DNA of 63,531 bases, filler included, from Octopus bimaculoides (GCF_001194135.2; 5 parts of 5 records of this genome joined end to end with filler, not necessarily neighbours in it); one strand, 5' to 3'; counted from the first letter of the whole stretch, positions 1 to 12,980 are shown. The notes: generated by a model not told the origin, from the sequence alone. Numbers and translations: made by a program.

Positions 1-290
1 GACAAAACCTTTTGTAACCTTCGTCCTGTCTTTATCCTTACATGTTTTTACTTGATATTAGCCCTTGTGGCCAATAAAACGAATTAATTATTATTATTAT
101 TATTTATTTATCTATTTATTTATTTGTTATATCTTTCTCCGTTTTCTTTCTCTGTTTAGACGAACGTTCCTACCTTTTCGGACAAAACCTTTTGTAACCT
201 TCGTCCTGTCTTTGTCCTTACATGTTTTTAATTGATATTAGCCATTGTGGCCAATAAAACGAATTAATAATAATAATTATTATTATTTTT
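1..290 (+). repeat. Tandem duplication with 180-bp period; each copy ends in AATAAA plus an (ATT/TAA)n tail
   Basis: gacaaaaccttttgtaaccttcgtcctgtc...ttgtggccaataaaacgaattaa occurs at 1 and at 181 with few mismatches; looks like a retroelement 3' end. Confidence 0.75.
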
Positions 291-323
291 GTTGTTGTTA
301 ATATTATTATTGTTATTATTATT

Positions 324-397
324 GTGTGAGAGAGCAGTGCATGCCATCAAAGTGACACTGGGGTAAAATATACGAAACCCAGTATACCCATCATGAC

Positions 398-398
<1 letters not shown>
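324..398. mobile_element. Terminal fragment of a dispersed non-coding repeat (family E) next to (ATT)n
   Basis: gagagagcagtgcatgccatcaaagtgacactggggtaa... is the reverse complement of about 29810-29875; a second start (gagtgagagagcaatgcat) follows the (ATT)n at about 450. Confidence 0.65.

Positions 399-449
<51 letters not shown>
399..449. repeat. (ATT)n microsatellite
   Basis: Direct reading. Confidence 0.95.
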
Positions 450-1478
450 GAGTGAGAGAGCAATGCATTCCTTCCTTCTCCTTGCCTCCTGTTCCTCCTG
501 TTCGTGCTCCTCCCCCTCTCATCTTTTTTGGTCTTTATGACCGTCGCCACGATCTCCCTCCTCGTGCACGTGCTCGTCACCGTCATTCTAGTAATCGTCT
601 TCATCGTTACTACCAACACCTCAACCTCTGTCATCACCATTCCTGTCATCATCATTATTATCATCGTCATCGTCATCGTCATCGCCAATAAAACCACGAC
701 CACCAACTACTACGAATGCCACCNNNNNNNNNNNNNNNNNNNNNNNNNNNNNNNNNNNNNNNNNNNNNNNNNNNNNNNNNNNNNNNNNNNNNNNNNNNNN
801 NNNNNNNNNNNNNNNNNNNNNNNNNNNNNNNNNNNNNNNNNNNNNNNNNNNNNNNNNNNNNNNNNNNNNNNNNNNNNNNNNNNNNNNNNNNNNNNNNNNN
901 NNNNNNNNNNNNNNNNNNNNNNNNNNNNNNNNNNNNNNNNNNNNNNNNNNNNNNNNNNNNNNNNNNNNNNNNNNNNNNNNNNNNNNNNNNNNNNNNNNNN
1001 NNNNNNNNNNNNNNNNNNNNNNNNNNNNNNNNNNNNNNNNNNNNNNNNNNNNNNNNNNNNNNNNNNNNNNNNNNNNNNNNNNNNNNNNNNNNNNNNNNNN
1101 NNNNNNNNNNNNNNNNNNNNNNNNNNNNNNNNNNNNNNNNNNNNNNNNNNNNNNNNNNNNNNNNNNNNNNNNNNNNNNNNNNNNNNNNNNNNNNNNNNNN
1201 NNNNNNNNNNNNNNNNNNNNNNNNNNNNNNNNNNNNNNNNNNNNNNNNNNNNNNNNNNNNNNNNNNNNCACCATCACCACCACCACCATCACCACCACCA
1301 CCACCACTACCACCACCAACACCACCACCACCATCTTTCTTTAGACGTTTCACCTATCGTGTCGTCTACATTACCATCACAGAAGGTTTTCCCTTTCACC
1401 GTATCTCATTAATGTCCCGTGTACATGGATTTGTGTACGTATTGCCCCCACTCTCTCTCTCTCACACACACACACTTA

Positions 1479-1550
1479 CGTATGTATGTATGTATGTATG
1501 TATGTATGTATGTATGTATGTATGTATGTATGTATGTAGGTATGTATGTA
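1479..1550. repeat. (TATG)n microsatellite
   Basis: Direct reading. Confidence 0.95.
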
Positions 1551-1839
1551 TTTGGCTGCGAACGTGTTCCTCACCTGCAGCGTTATTTCTTCTGCGAGGA
1601 ATACGTATGTATCTCACCTAGTATTGTAATTTGATTTATATAACCTCTATTGCCACACTGTCGCTGAATGGAGGTTGTTATTAAGGGCTCCTAATCGGCG
1701 GGCGACTGGGGTTTTGATTCATGTTTGGAATTCTTTCATTTCCATAGCATCACCAACAGCGGCCCGGCTCAAAGACATGGATGCCATGTTGAAAGGCTAA
1801 ATGTCAGAGACACGTTTTAGTTAATAACAGATTTTTTCA

Positions 1840-1967
1840 TGATGACGATGATGATGAGAGCGATGATGGTCTATGATGATGACGATGATGATGATGATGA
1901 TGATGATGCTTATGATAACGGTGGTGCTGCTACTGATGATGACGACAACAATTATAGTGATAATGGT

Positions 1968-2000
<33 letters not shown>

Positions 2001-2053
2001 GATGATAACGGTGGTGCTGATGATGATGATGACCACGACAATGATAGTGATAA
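1840..2053. repeat. Degenerate (GAT)n low-complexity tract
   Basis: GAT runs with an internally duplicated gataacggtggtgctg block. Confidence 0.85.
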
Positions 2054-2582
2054 NNNNNNNNNNNNNNNNNNNNNNNNNNNNNNNNNNNNNNNNNNNNNNN
2101 NNNNNNNNNNNNNNNNNNNNNNNNNNNNNNNNNNNNNNNNNNNNNNNNNNNNNNNNNNNNNNNNNNNNNNNNNNNNNNNNNNNNNNNNNNNNNNNNNNNN
2201 NNNNNNNNNNNNNNNNNNNNNNNNNNNNNNNNNNNNNNNNNNNNNNNNNNNNNNNNNNNNNNNNNNNNNNNNNNNNNNNNNNNNNNNNNNNNNNNNNNNN
2301 NNNNNNNNNNNNNNNNNNNNNNNNNNNNNNNNNNNNNNNNNNNNNNNNNNNNNNNNNNNNNNNNNNNNNNNNNNNNNNNNNNNNNNNNNNNNNNNNNNNN
2401 NNNNNNNNNNNNNNNNNNNNNNNNNNNNNNNNNNNNNNNNNNNNNNNNNNNNNNNNNNNNNNNNNNNNNNNNNNNNNNNNNNNNNNNNNNNNNNNNNNNN
2501 NNNNNNNNNNNNNNNNNNNNNNNNNNNNNNNNNNNNNNNNNNNNNNNNNNNNNNNNNNNNNNNNNNNNNNNATGTATATATA

Positions 2583-2753
2583 TATATATATATAAACATA
2601 TATACGACGGGCTTCTTTCAGTTTCCGTCTACCAAATCCACTCACAAGGCTTTGGTCGGCCCGAGGCTATAGCAGAAGACACTTGCCCAAGGTGCCAAGC
2701 AGTGGGACTGAACCCAGAACCATGTGGTTGGTAAGCACGCTACTTACCACACG
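2583..2753 (-). mobile_element. tRNA-derived SINE family A, 5' half
   Basis: Reverse complement of tgtggtaagtagc...ggttcagtcccactg...ggaaactgaaagaagcccgtcg seen at 9099 and 40221. Confidence 0.85.
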
Positions 2754-3004
2754 GTAATATTTGACGAATAATATTTGATATGGTACCAGGACATTGGAGC
2801 CAGATATATTAAGAGCTTCCATGATATATTATCTGGAGAGGCCCTTACGTTGAGAAGTTGAAAATGGGACGAAAGTTAAATAACAAATAACACTGTGTAA
2901 TACGATTTTTGTCCTTGGGTAGCAACTGAATTTCTCCTATTTGCTTAATCCAAGAAAGTATGAAAAATGTCTAATATCTCCATCAAACTGTGCATTTGTT
3001 ATAA

Positions 3005-3175
3005 TCATTCAATCTCCAAAGAATTCCTCTCAACACATGGCTATGATGTTCTCTCGCTACTCCTACTCATGCTCAGAGATGATCAGCCACTAATAGACAT
3101 ACTTAAGTGGTAAAGCTAAGCAACTGACAAGCAAATCTGTGATACTGAGCAGAAAATTGCTCTAACGATATTTCT
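3005..3175. mobile_element. Family E repeat fragment
   Basis: caaagaattcctctcaacacatggctatgatg matches the reverse complement of about 28200-28260 and also 10165-10200. Confidence 0.6.
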
Positions 3176-4981
3176 GCTTCAGCAACTCAGCATTGAATCT
3201 GTCTGAAATGTAATGGAAGATAGGCTAGTTTCAAAACATTGATGTCCAAGTGACAAAAGCAAAATTTGAAGGGAGCAGTAGTCATTTCCTTTGATTTCTG
3301 GATAGAAACAAATAAGAAATGACACTTACTGACCATAAGAAAAAAATATTACTCAGTTTAATGAAGACGGAGAGCTTTTGCTAATGCGCAAACGGTAAAT
3401 TAAGCAAACTTTATATAGCTCAAGCAGAAATGCTCATCATAGCAGTGACTGGCTTAAGGGAAAACAACTTTATGTAGATCCTGCTTTGTTGGAATGTCCT
3501 ATGGGTATTGATCTCCACTTTGTCCATATTATTATTTTTATGGAGCAAAACAAATAAACCAAAATGGAAAATGTCTTTACCCTCTTATTTAAAATGGCGA
3601 CTTTTGAATCTTCCAGTATTTAAGTTTAAAAAAAAACATCAACTCATAGTACTTAACAATTGGTACTTTCATTGTGAAATTTCCCCCCCGGTTTTTGTTT
3701 GAGGTAAATGTATTGTAAAGTCTGCAATGTGAGATTATTTCACAAACATATTCGTGAATATTTTATCAAATAATTTAAAAGTAAAAGATTTTGTCTTCGC
3801 CACTCTTTTAGAATTATGCTGCGACGCATAGAGGTTCTTAATTTGGCTGCTCTATAAGATGACAGACTTCAATTTTCCTACAACTATATGGGTTACAAGA
3901 CATTGTTTTCCGTTGTTATAATGCATTTAAGTTTTAATTCTGCACCATTATAATGAGTAAAGCTTCGTTATTTTCTTTTCTCAGTTTAGCAGAATGTAAG
4001 GAATTATAATTAAATATTAGCAGCAAGAAAGACCATGTATTAATGTGTGAAGACTTTTGGCATGCATATATACAGAGTGGATTCCAAAAATATTTCAGCT
4101 CTTAACAAGTGCTAACACTCAACAAAGCATACGTGAATGCTACAACGGAATATGATTACTTGCCTGCGTGGGTATATATATTTTTTATGTACCGCGAAAA
4201 GATGGAAAAGGAATAGATGACATCGGTTGGTTTTGAATACTGATCACAGTGAATCGGAACCAATATTGCGAATTTTTCTGAGCTAATGACTCTTCCCATT
4301 CTCCAGTTCTTGCAATAAGTCTTGTTTACAATGTTACAGCTGTGTTACAATATATGAAATCATCGTTTTAAAAGACTTATCATGATATGACTCTATGGTA
4401 ATTTTTCAAATTTAATTGATTCCTAGAAACGAATACCCGTTGTTAAACATTGTTAGGTGATGCTTCTATAAAATTCACAATGGATTATTGTATGTGTTCT
4501 ATATATTATCATTTGTTTTACTTTCTGTTAGCTATTTATTTTCTATTTTTTCCAGATTGATTTATCTATTCATTTTCCTATTGATAACATTAAATATATT
4601 ACTGTCGATATCTCTTATGTATTTGATGTTTGCCGCTTTATTTCTGTCGTTTAATCCTGTCTCTAATATATAATAAAGTTAAGTGTATGATATCTAATCT
4701 ATGATAACACGATAGCGCTCACTTCGGTAGCCACTTATCATAACAAAAAGAATTAAAAAAGAAAGAAAAATCTGTTGATCGATAGCACTTCTATCAGCCA
4801 AATATCAATATCACTTCAACTAGAAATTTATGGTACTAGTTCTAATGGTGTTGGTTGGATGAACTGGCTGAATTCGAACTGGAAATCACGGGGAGTCCTA
4901 AAGTAGTCAATGAATATTCGATTGTGTACCTGGGGTTAAATTACCTTTACTACTAATATAATATGTACACTGTTCATTGTG

Positions 4982-5356
4982 TGGAGGCGCAATGGCCCAG
5001 TGGTTAGGACAGCGGACTCGCGGTCAAAGGATCGCGGTTTTGATTCCCCGGTCTAGGAATCGAAATCGCGATCCTGTGAGTGTTTATTGAGCGAAAACAC
5101 CTAAAGTTCCACGAGGCCCCGGCAGGGGGTTAGTGGCGAACCCTTCTGTACTCTTTCACCACAACTTTCTCTCACTCTTTCTTCCTGTTTCTGCTAGCCT
5201 TGTCACACTCTGTGTCACGCTGAATATCCCCGAGAACTACGTTAAGGGTACATGTGTCTGTGGAGTGCTCAACCACTTGTGCGTTAATTTCACGAGCAGG
5301 CTGTTCCGTTGATCGGATCAACTGGAACCCTCGTCGTAGTAACCGACGGAGTGCCA
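4982..5356 (+). mobile_element. tRNA-derived SINE family C, full length, with 15-bp TSD
   Basis: A-box TGGCCCAGTGG at 4993-5003; degenerate B-box at about 5036-5047; TSD acactgttcattgtg at 4967-4981 and 5357-5371. Confidence 0.85.
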
Positions 5357-5371
5357 ACACTGTTCATTGTG

Positions 5372-5685
5372 AAGGCGTGTGGCTTAGTGTACTTGGCTCA
5401 CGATCGTAGTTCGTGAGTTCAATTCTCGGCGACGCGTTGTGTCCTTGAGCAAGACACTTTTCTTCACGTTGCTCCAGTCCGCTCAGCTCGCAGAAATGGG
5501 TAGTAACTGTATTTCAAAGGGCCAGCCTTGTCACACTCTGTGTCAAGCTGAATATTCGTGAGAACTACGTTAAGACTACACGTGTTTGTGGGAGTGCTAA
5601 ATCACTTGCTCGGTAATTTCGCAAGCCGGCTGTTCCGTTGATTGGATCATCTGGAACCCTCGTCGTCGTAAGCGACAGAGTGCCA
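5372..5685 (+). mobile_element. tRNA-derived SINE family D sharing its 3' half with family C
   Basis: A-box-like tggcttagtg and B-box gagttcaattc; 5524-5685 aligns with 5196-5356. Confidence 0.8.
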
Positions 5686-6219
5686 GTACTATTGCTGATT
5701 ATATAAAGGTGGTAAATTTTTCTGTTTAATTATTTTCTTTTTTTGGTACAGTGTTCGCTTCTGTATATTCCTACCGAAATCCACTCATCAAATAGTAAAG
5801 TGTTTTATAACCTTTATTTACAGCAAGTCGTCAGCCGCAAACGAGTATAGTTCTGTAGCATGAAACTCTTTCTCGGCTCCTTACTTTTGATCCAGGGATG
5901 TGACAGCTGGAGGGTGAGAGGGAAGTGCGTCAACACACGCTACGGTGGGTACTCATTGTGGCTAAGTAGACTGGAGCAAATGAACCTGAGCTGGAAATGA
6001 AGCGGAAGAGCACAACGCATCGTCTGATCCAAGAACTAAATCGCTGACAAGTATTGAATTGATCAAGCGCCTAATTTCCTAACCGCAGAGCTTCTTGTCT
6101 TCGAAGTTACTTGTTCCATGTACAAGATTGGAGACTTGTATATTTGGTTGTACATACGTTTTTAATTCTGATATATGTAAGAAGACGAAGGAAAAAAGAG
6201 AAAAAAAAAAGAATGAAGA

Positions 6220-6224
<5 letters not shown>

Positions 6225-6279
<55 letters not shown>
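6225..6279. repeat. (GA)n microsatellite
   Basis: Direct reading. Confidence 0.95.
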
Positions 6280-6284
<5 letters not shown>

Positions 6285-6434
6285 TGAATGGAACAAAGAG
6301 TGAGGTGGGGATAGAGAAGGAGACGTGCGTATCTAAGAGAAAAAGAAAAACTGAGTGACAAATTAATATTACGTGTTACCATAAAAACAGCGAGCAATTT
6401 TGAGGGGTGGGTGTTCACCGATTTCATCATTCAC

Positions 6435-6820
6435 AGTGAGCGATTTTGAGGGAAAAATGTCGTGGATTACATCGTTCCCAGTATTTAAATGATACTTATT
6501 CTATCGACCCCAAAAGGATGAATGGCAAAGTCGACTTCAGCACTGTTTAAAATCAAAATTTAAAAGTCGAAAGAAATAATGCTGTTATGCACTTTGTCCC
6601 AGCTCGCCGCCTTAAATTGTTTCAAAATTTGACACCAAGCCAGTAGTTTTAAAGTGAAAGGTTACTCGATTACACAACTCCCAGTGCTTGACTGGTACTT
6701 TAATCTATCGACCCTGAAAAGATGAAAGGCAAAGTCGACTTCGGCAGGATTTGAAAGCAAAATCCGAAAGAAATGCGACAAAGCTTTTTGTACGAATTTC
6801 AATCGATTCTGCTCTGAGCT
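6435..6820 (-). mobile_element. Two adjacent degenerate SINE family B copies
   Basis: tatcgaccc..aaaggatgaa.ggcaaagtcgactt core at about 6500 and about 6710. Confidence 0.7.
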
Positions 6821-7485
6821 TTGAAAGTCATCCTTGATCAGGAATATGATGAAATGAATTTTCTCAAGGAAACAGATAGGTTCAAGGTTGTTTCAGAAGT
6901 GAGTGAAGAAGAGAGGAAGCGTGTTAATGTATGTATTATAGAGAAGGGCCGTTAGTAAGAGAAGCGTTTGACATTCAAACGTATGGCTATGATATACAAC
7001 AGAGTTGCTTCACTAAAGAAAAATAATGATAAAAGGATTGGAATAGTATAGAAACAAATGGATATGTCAAGATTATATAAATGCCATGATAAATGTTTCA
7101 CATTTCTCTCCCTTCTCTCTCACTTTCTCTCCCTCTTTCTCTCTCTGTATGTATGTATGTGAATGTTACATTAAACGGAAACTGAATAACAAAATTGAAA
7201 TAAGCTTTATTTGAAATCGGCCTTGGTTATACAAAAATGCTAAAGTAGCGTTAAAACCTTGTATAAAAGAGATTATTTTCCAGAAAAATTACAGCAGATA
7301 TCTGTTTTGCATAAATATCAATGTAATTCTTATATATATACATAGCTAATAACTAAAACCCATTTTCCATTTTCCTATATCCATTCAATATAACACTATA
7401 AAACTGTTTGTTCATGTCTTATATATTTAGTAACTTTAAACTAGAGGCAGCATACTTTTAGTTTCATATATTTTTGTGGTCTTTA

Positions 7486-7544
<59 letters not shown>

Positions 7545-8847
7545 NNNNNNNNNNNNNNNNNNNNNNNNNNNNNNNNNNNNNNNNNNNNNNNNNNNNNNNN
7601 NNNNNNNNNNNNNNNNNNNNNNNNNNNNNNNNNNNNNNNNNNNNNNNNNNNNNNNNNNNNNNNNNNNNNNNNNNNNNNNNNNNNNNNNNNNNNNNNNNNN
7701 NNNNNNNNNNNNNNNNNNNNNNNNNNNNNNNNNNNNNNNNNNNNNNNNNNNNNNNNNNNNNNNNNNNNNNNNNNNNNNNNNNNNNNNNNNNNNNNNNNNN
7801 NNNNNNNNNNNNNNNNNNNNNNNNNNNNNNNNNNNNNNNNNNNNNNNNNNNNNNNNNNNNNNNNNNNNNNNNNNNNNNNNNNNNNNNNNNNNNNNNNNNN
7901 NNNNNNNNNNNNNNNNNNNNNNNNNNNNNNNNNNNNNNNNNNNNNNNNNNNNNNNNNNNNNNNNNNNNNNNNNNNNNNNNNNNNNNNNNNNNNNNNNNNN
8001 NNNNNNNNNNNNNNNNNNNNNNNNNNNNNNNNNNNNNNNNNNNNNNNNNNNNNNNNNNNNNNNNNNNNNNNNNNNNNNNNNNNNNNNNNNNNNNNNNNNN
8101 NNNNNNNNNNNNNNNNNNNNNNNNNNNNNNNNNNNNNNNNNNNNNNNNNNNNNNNNNNNNNNNNNNNNNNNNNNNNNNNNNNNNNNNNNNNNNNNNNNNN
8201 NNNNNNNNNNNNNNNNNNNNNNNNNNNNNNNNNNNNNNNNNATATATGCTCTGTGTATATGTGGCAAAGGAAGAGAATTTTCCATTGCTTTACTGTTGTT
8301 TACCTTAAAGTTTGAAACAAAAACCAACAACAAAAAACATGCCTTATCGATTGGTGTGTAAGTTTAGAAGTTTCTTTACAATGGCGGCCATTGTGTTCTT
8401 AATGTACTGGTTAGTAGCGAGCTGTTGTATCATTGCTCTTTATAATTAATTACCATTGCAGTTGTTGATAACAATTGATACGATTATATTGTTTCAAAAC
8501 ACGGTCTTTGTTTTAAATATATGTGTTGTATGTTAATTAACTTTTCAATTAATTTCTCTTCGTTAATGCTTGATAAGCCGCTTAGGTTTACTACGCACTT
8601 CCAACCAAGACATTTCACACTCTATGCAATGAAAGATGAATAGATAAAGAAGCTGTTAATAATAATAATGACGACGACCGCAACGTTGATTATAACGATG
8701 ACGATGATGGTGGTGGTGGTGGTGGTGGTGGTGGCGGTAGTGAGGATGCGGTCGGTGATGATAATACATGTTGTTGGCGTTGTCGTCATCATCGTTGCTA
8801 TCCACCTCTCCTCTTCCTACTCCTCGCTCTTCATATTATTATTATTG

Positions 8848-9051
8848 TAAGCTGGCAGAATCGTTAGCACACCGGGCGAAACGCTTAGCGGTTTTCGTCT
8901 GCTCTACGTCCTGAGTTCAAATTCCACCGCGGTCGACTTTGCCTTTCATCCTTTCGTCGTCGATAAATTAAGTACCAGTTGAACACCAGAATCGACGTAA
9001 TCGACACATTCCCCTCTCCAAAATGGCTGTCCTCATGACAAAATTTTAAAC

Positions 9052-9052
<1 letters not shown>
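8848..9052 (+). mobile_element. tRNA-derived SINE family B
   Basis: ctggcagaatcgttagc head, B-box gagttcaaattcc, gtcgactttgcctttcatcc core, followed by (TAT)n. Confidence 0.85.
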
Positions 9053-9098
<46 letters not shown>

Positions 9099-9472
9099 GG
9101 AGTGGCTGTGTGGTAAGTAGCTTGCTTACCAACCACATGGTTCTGGGTTCAGTTCCACTGCGTGGTACCTTGGGCAAATGTTTTTACTATAGCCTCGGGC
9201 CGACCAAAGCCTTGTGGGTGGATTTGGTAGACGGAAACTGAAAGAAGCCCGTCGTATATATGCATGTATATATGTATGTGTGTGTATATGTTTGTGTATC
9301 TGCGTTTGCCCCCCCCCCCCNNNNNNNNNNNNNNNNNNNNNNNNNNNNNNNCCCCAGCATAGCTTGACAACCGATGCTGATGTGTTTACGTCCCCGTAAC
9401 TTAGCGGTTCGGCAAAAAGAGACCGCTAGAATAAGTACTAGGCTTACAAAGAATAAGTCCTGGGGTCAATTT
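9099..9472 (+). mobile_element. SINE family A, 3'-truncated by the LINE fragment
   Basis: ggagtggctgtgtggtaagtagc head, ggttcagttcc B-box, internal (TA/TG)n, 3' half to gggtcaattt. Confidence 0.85.
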
Positions 9473-10110
9473 CTACATATTTTCTTTTCCTTCCATGCTT
9501 TTTCTTTTTTTTGTGCTCATTTCTTGTTTAAAGTTTTCTTTTCTTACACAATTTTCATTTTTAATGACGCCGGCCTTTTTCGTATGTTTTAACAATGGTT
9601 CCACTGCAATTTTTATATATCACCCTAAGCTGTCCTGGCAACCGATTAAGCCTTTCCTACCCTTTCTTCTGGACAAGTACAGCGTCGCGGTGTCACTCTT
9701 AGGATGGAACGCTCCGTATACTGTCAACATTTTTCTGGTCTTGGTATCAGTTTTCTTCACTTCTCTCTTTTGCCAATTTATAATTCCCGCTCCGTATGGA
9801 AATGATGCTATTGCCCACGTATTAACTGCTTGGATTTTATTCATCCACTCAATTTTGAGCGCAACACCAACCTTAGCATTTGGAAGTACTCCATCCTCAG
9901 TTGCTCTTTCATTTCCTTCTCCATTATTTCATTGAACTCTAGTACTCCAAGGTATTTGTAGCCTTCCGTTTCAACTTATCTAATCAAGTCTCTGTTCGGT
10001 AATTTTATCCCTGCTAGGGACTGTACTCTTTTTAGGTAGAATATTCCGCACTTCTTGAGTCCAAATTCCATTCTAATACCAGTACTAAAACAGTGGACCG
10101 TGTTCACCAA
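9473..10110 (-). mobile_element. R4/Dong-like non-LTR retrotransposon, decayed RT C-terminal region
   Basis: Translation across a stop and a frameshift: MEFGLKKC, YKYLGV, NKIQAVNTWAIASFPYGAGIINW, KTRKMLTVYGAFHPKSD..LYLSRRKGRKGL. Confidence 0.8.
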
Positions 10111-10988
10111 GGAACTCATTTGTGTCTCAACCGAAACACCCATGCTTCAAACGGTTAATTATTCAAACACCAAAGAAGTCCTCTCAACACATGGTCATGA
10201 TACGCCCCCATGATACGTCGTCGTCGTCACTATCACCACCACCACCACCACCACCACCACCACCANNNNNNNNNNNNNNNNNNNNNNNNNNNNNNNNNNN
10301 NNNNNNNNNNNNNNNNNNNNNNNNNNNNNNNNNNNNNNNNNNNNNNNNNNNNNNNNNNNNNNNNNNNNNNNNNNNNNNNNNNNNNNNNNNNNNNNNNNNN
10401 NNNNNNNNNNNNNNNNNNNNNNNNNNNNNNNNNNNNNNNNNNNNNNNNNNNNNNNNNNNNNNNNNNNNNNNNNNNNNNNNNNNNNNNNNNNNNNNNNNNN
10501 NNNNNNNNNNNNNNNNNNNNNNNNNNNNNNNNNNNNNNNNNNNNNNNNNNNNNNNNNNNNNNNNNNNNNNNNNNNNNNNNNNNNNNNNNNNNNNNNNNNN
10601 NNNNNNNNNNNNNNNNNNNNNNNNNNNNNNNNNNNNNNNNNNNNNNNNNNNNNNNNNNNNNNNNNNNNNNNNNNNNNNNNNNNNNNNNNNNNNNNNNNNN
10701 NNNNNNNNNNNNNNNNNNNNNNNNNNNNNNNNNNNNNNNNNNNNNNNNNNNNNNNNNNNNNNNNNNNNNNNNNNNNNNNNNNNNNNNNNNNNNNNNNNNN
10801 NNNNNNNNNNNNNNNNNNNNNNNNNNNNNNNNNNNNNNNNNNNNNNNNNNNNNNNNNNNNNNNNNNNNNNNNNNNNNNNNNNNNNNNNNNNNNNNNNNNN
10901 NNNNNNNNNNNNNNNNNNNNNNNNNNNNNNNNNNNNNNNNNNNNNNNNNNNNNNNNNNNNNNNNNNNNNNNNNNNNNNNNNNNNNNNN

Positions 10989-11039
<51 letters not shown>

Positions 11040-11649
11040 TATATTTATGTGTGTGTGTGTGTGTATATATATGTAGATACATAATACATATATATATATA
11101 TACGTATATATAAATACTTACATATAAATATATACATACATACATACACACACACATATATATATAAACACATGACACCCACCCACACAGACATATTCAT
11201 AAAAAACGATTGTTTTATTAGGAGAAATAAATGCGCAATATTAATAATATGTTTTTCCTAAGTACTTAAAATGATATATGTAATGAGTTTATGTTCGTAT
11301 CGCACATGAATTTATGTATGAAAATGTATGTAATAAATTACGTATGTATATTTACAAGCCTTTGTATTTACGTGCATGTATTTCTGTACGCCGTACGTAT
11401 TTATATATATATATATACGTATGCAAGCGCTTGTGTATATATATATGTATATATGTATCGTTTCATATTTTAGCTTCAGATTTCAATTTTCTCTTGAATA
11501 GATAAGAGGCTGGTTCCGAATCCAGAAACAAGCCTCTCTTATTGGAATTCAGACAACATTAATTTTGTAATTATGTATGTATGTATGTATGTATGTATGT
11601 ATGTATGCATATATATCCTTCAGCGCATGTATATACTCATGCATGTACA

Positions 11650-11944
11650 CTCTTTTTACCCTTTTACTTGTTTCAGTCATTTGACTGCGGCCATGCTGGA
11701 GCACCGCTTTTAGTCGCACAAATCGACCCCAGGACTTATTCTTTGTCAGTCTAGTACTTATTCTATCGGTCTCTTTTGCCGAACCGCTAGGTGACGGGGA
11801 CGTAAACACACCAGCATCGATTGTCAAGCGATGGTGGTGGTGGTGGGGGGGGGGACAAACACAGACACAAAACACACATGCACATACATATATACATATA
11901 TACACACACATATATATGTGTATATATATATATATATATACGAC
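11650..11944 (-). mobile_element. SINE family A, 3' half
   Basis: cttttacttgtttcagtcatttgactgcggccatgctggagcaccgc... matches 25418 and the reverse complement of 24880-25020. Confidence 0.85.
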
Positions 11945-11988
11945 NNNNNNNNNNNNNNNNNNNNNNNNNNNNNNNNNNNNNNNNNNNN

Positions 11989-12000
11989 TTAATTAATTAA
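11989..12000. other. Artificial scaffold linker TTAATTAATTAA
   Basis: 44 N + 12-mer + 44 N = 100 bp; stop codons in all six frames. Confidence 0.9.
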
Positions 12001-12044
12001 NNNNNNNNNNNNNNNNNNNNNNNNNNNNNNNNNNNNNNNNNNNN

Positions 12045-12078
<34 letters not shown>

Positions 12079-12599
12079 CATATGTGCGTATGTATGTATG
12101 TATGTATGGATGGATGGATGGATGGATGGACGGATGGATTTATAAAAGATAAAAGTGTAGTCAAGTCTGAGATGCCTTTGATCAAAAATCTATTTGATTG
12201 GGGTTAACCTGGGCCTAAAAACAGGTAATGATGTTGATCGCTAAACAATTTCGACAACCCCATGTATTTTTTAAGAAGTTAACTTAGTAAAGTTTCAGGT
12301 TCTAGGCGTCAACTTGGAGGAAACAGTCTAATACCAAAGCCGCAGGGCCCAATGTTTCCATTCAGAGGCTCTGAGAGGATTTTTTTCTAGGGAGTAGAAT
12401 TTTTTGTTAGGGCGCAGTTCCTAAAATGTAAATACTAGTTTTTCATATATGCAAAGATTTTCTTGAGACTAAGGAAGTTTCCAAGCCCAGGTACAATGTA
12501 CCCCAAGCACCGTCCTTCTCATACAATACCCATCTCATACAATACTCTCGTTGAAGAGAGAAACTGAATTGACGGAAACGGCGTGGAAATCCGTCGGAG

Positions 12600-12980
12600 G
12601 GATCGTTCTGGTTCTTAGGTTGCGGGACTTATCGTTAATACCGCCATAGAAACCATCATTTGGTGATCATGGAATAAGATGCAGTATCAATATGTAACCC
12701 CAATATGAACAAACTGACATGGTTTTCTTCCTTCCCCAAGAGATTCAGTGGCTCAGGTGCTTCTGCACCCTATGATTTACCACAAGACGGCGCTGACAGC
12801 TCTATTACAAGCATCTAGGTCAGTTCTGTAAATCTGAGAATGCAATCCTCCCTTGCTTCCGCTAAACCCAGAGAACCAGTAATTTCCCTCCTTCCTCGAG
12901 AGATTCATTAGCTTACAGGTCACCTGGGCCATAGCGCTGCAAAAACCCCTAACATTTAAAATGTCACTGACAACCATCTA
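12600..12980 (-). mobile_element. Possible L1/Tx1-like APE endonuclease N-terminus (tentative)
   Basis: M..DILNVRG start followed by FSG.SG.KGG...YRTDLD; downstream motifs not cleanly recoverable. Confidence 0.25.

Noticed and set aside
1563-1606. Small hairpin cgtgttcctc…gaggaatacg
   Set aside because: An approx. 10-bp stem with no family context, which is plausible by chance.
4982-5075. SINE heads as tRNA genes
   Set aside because: A/B boxes are present but there is no full cloverleaf; they continue into SINE bodies with TSDs.
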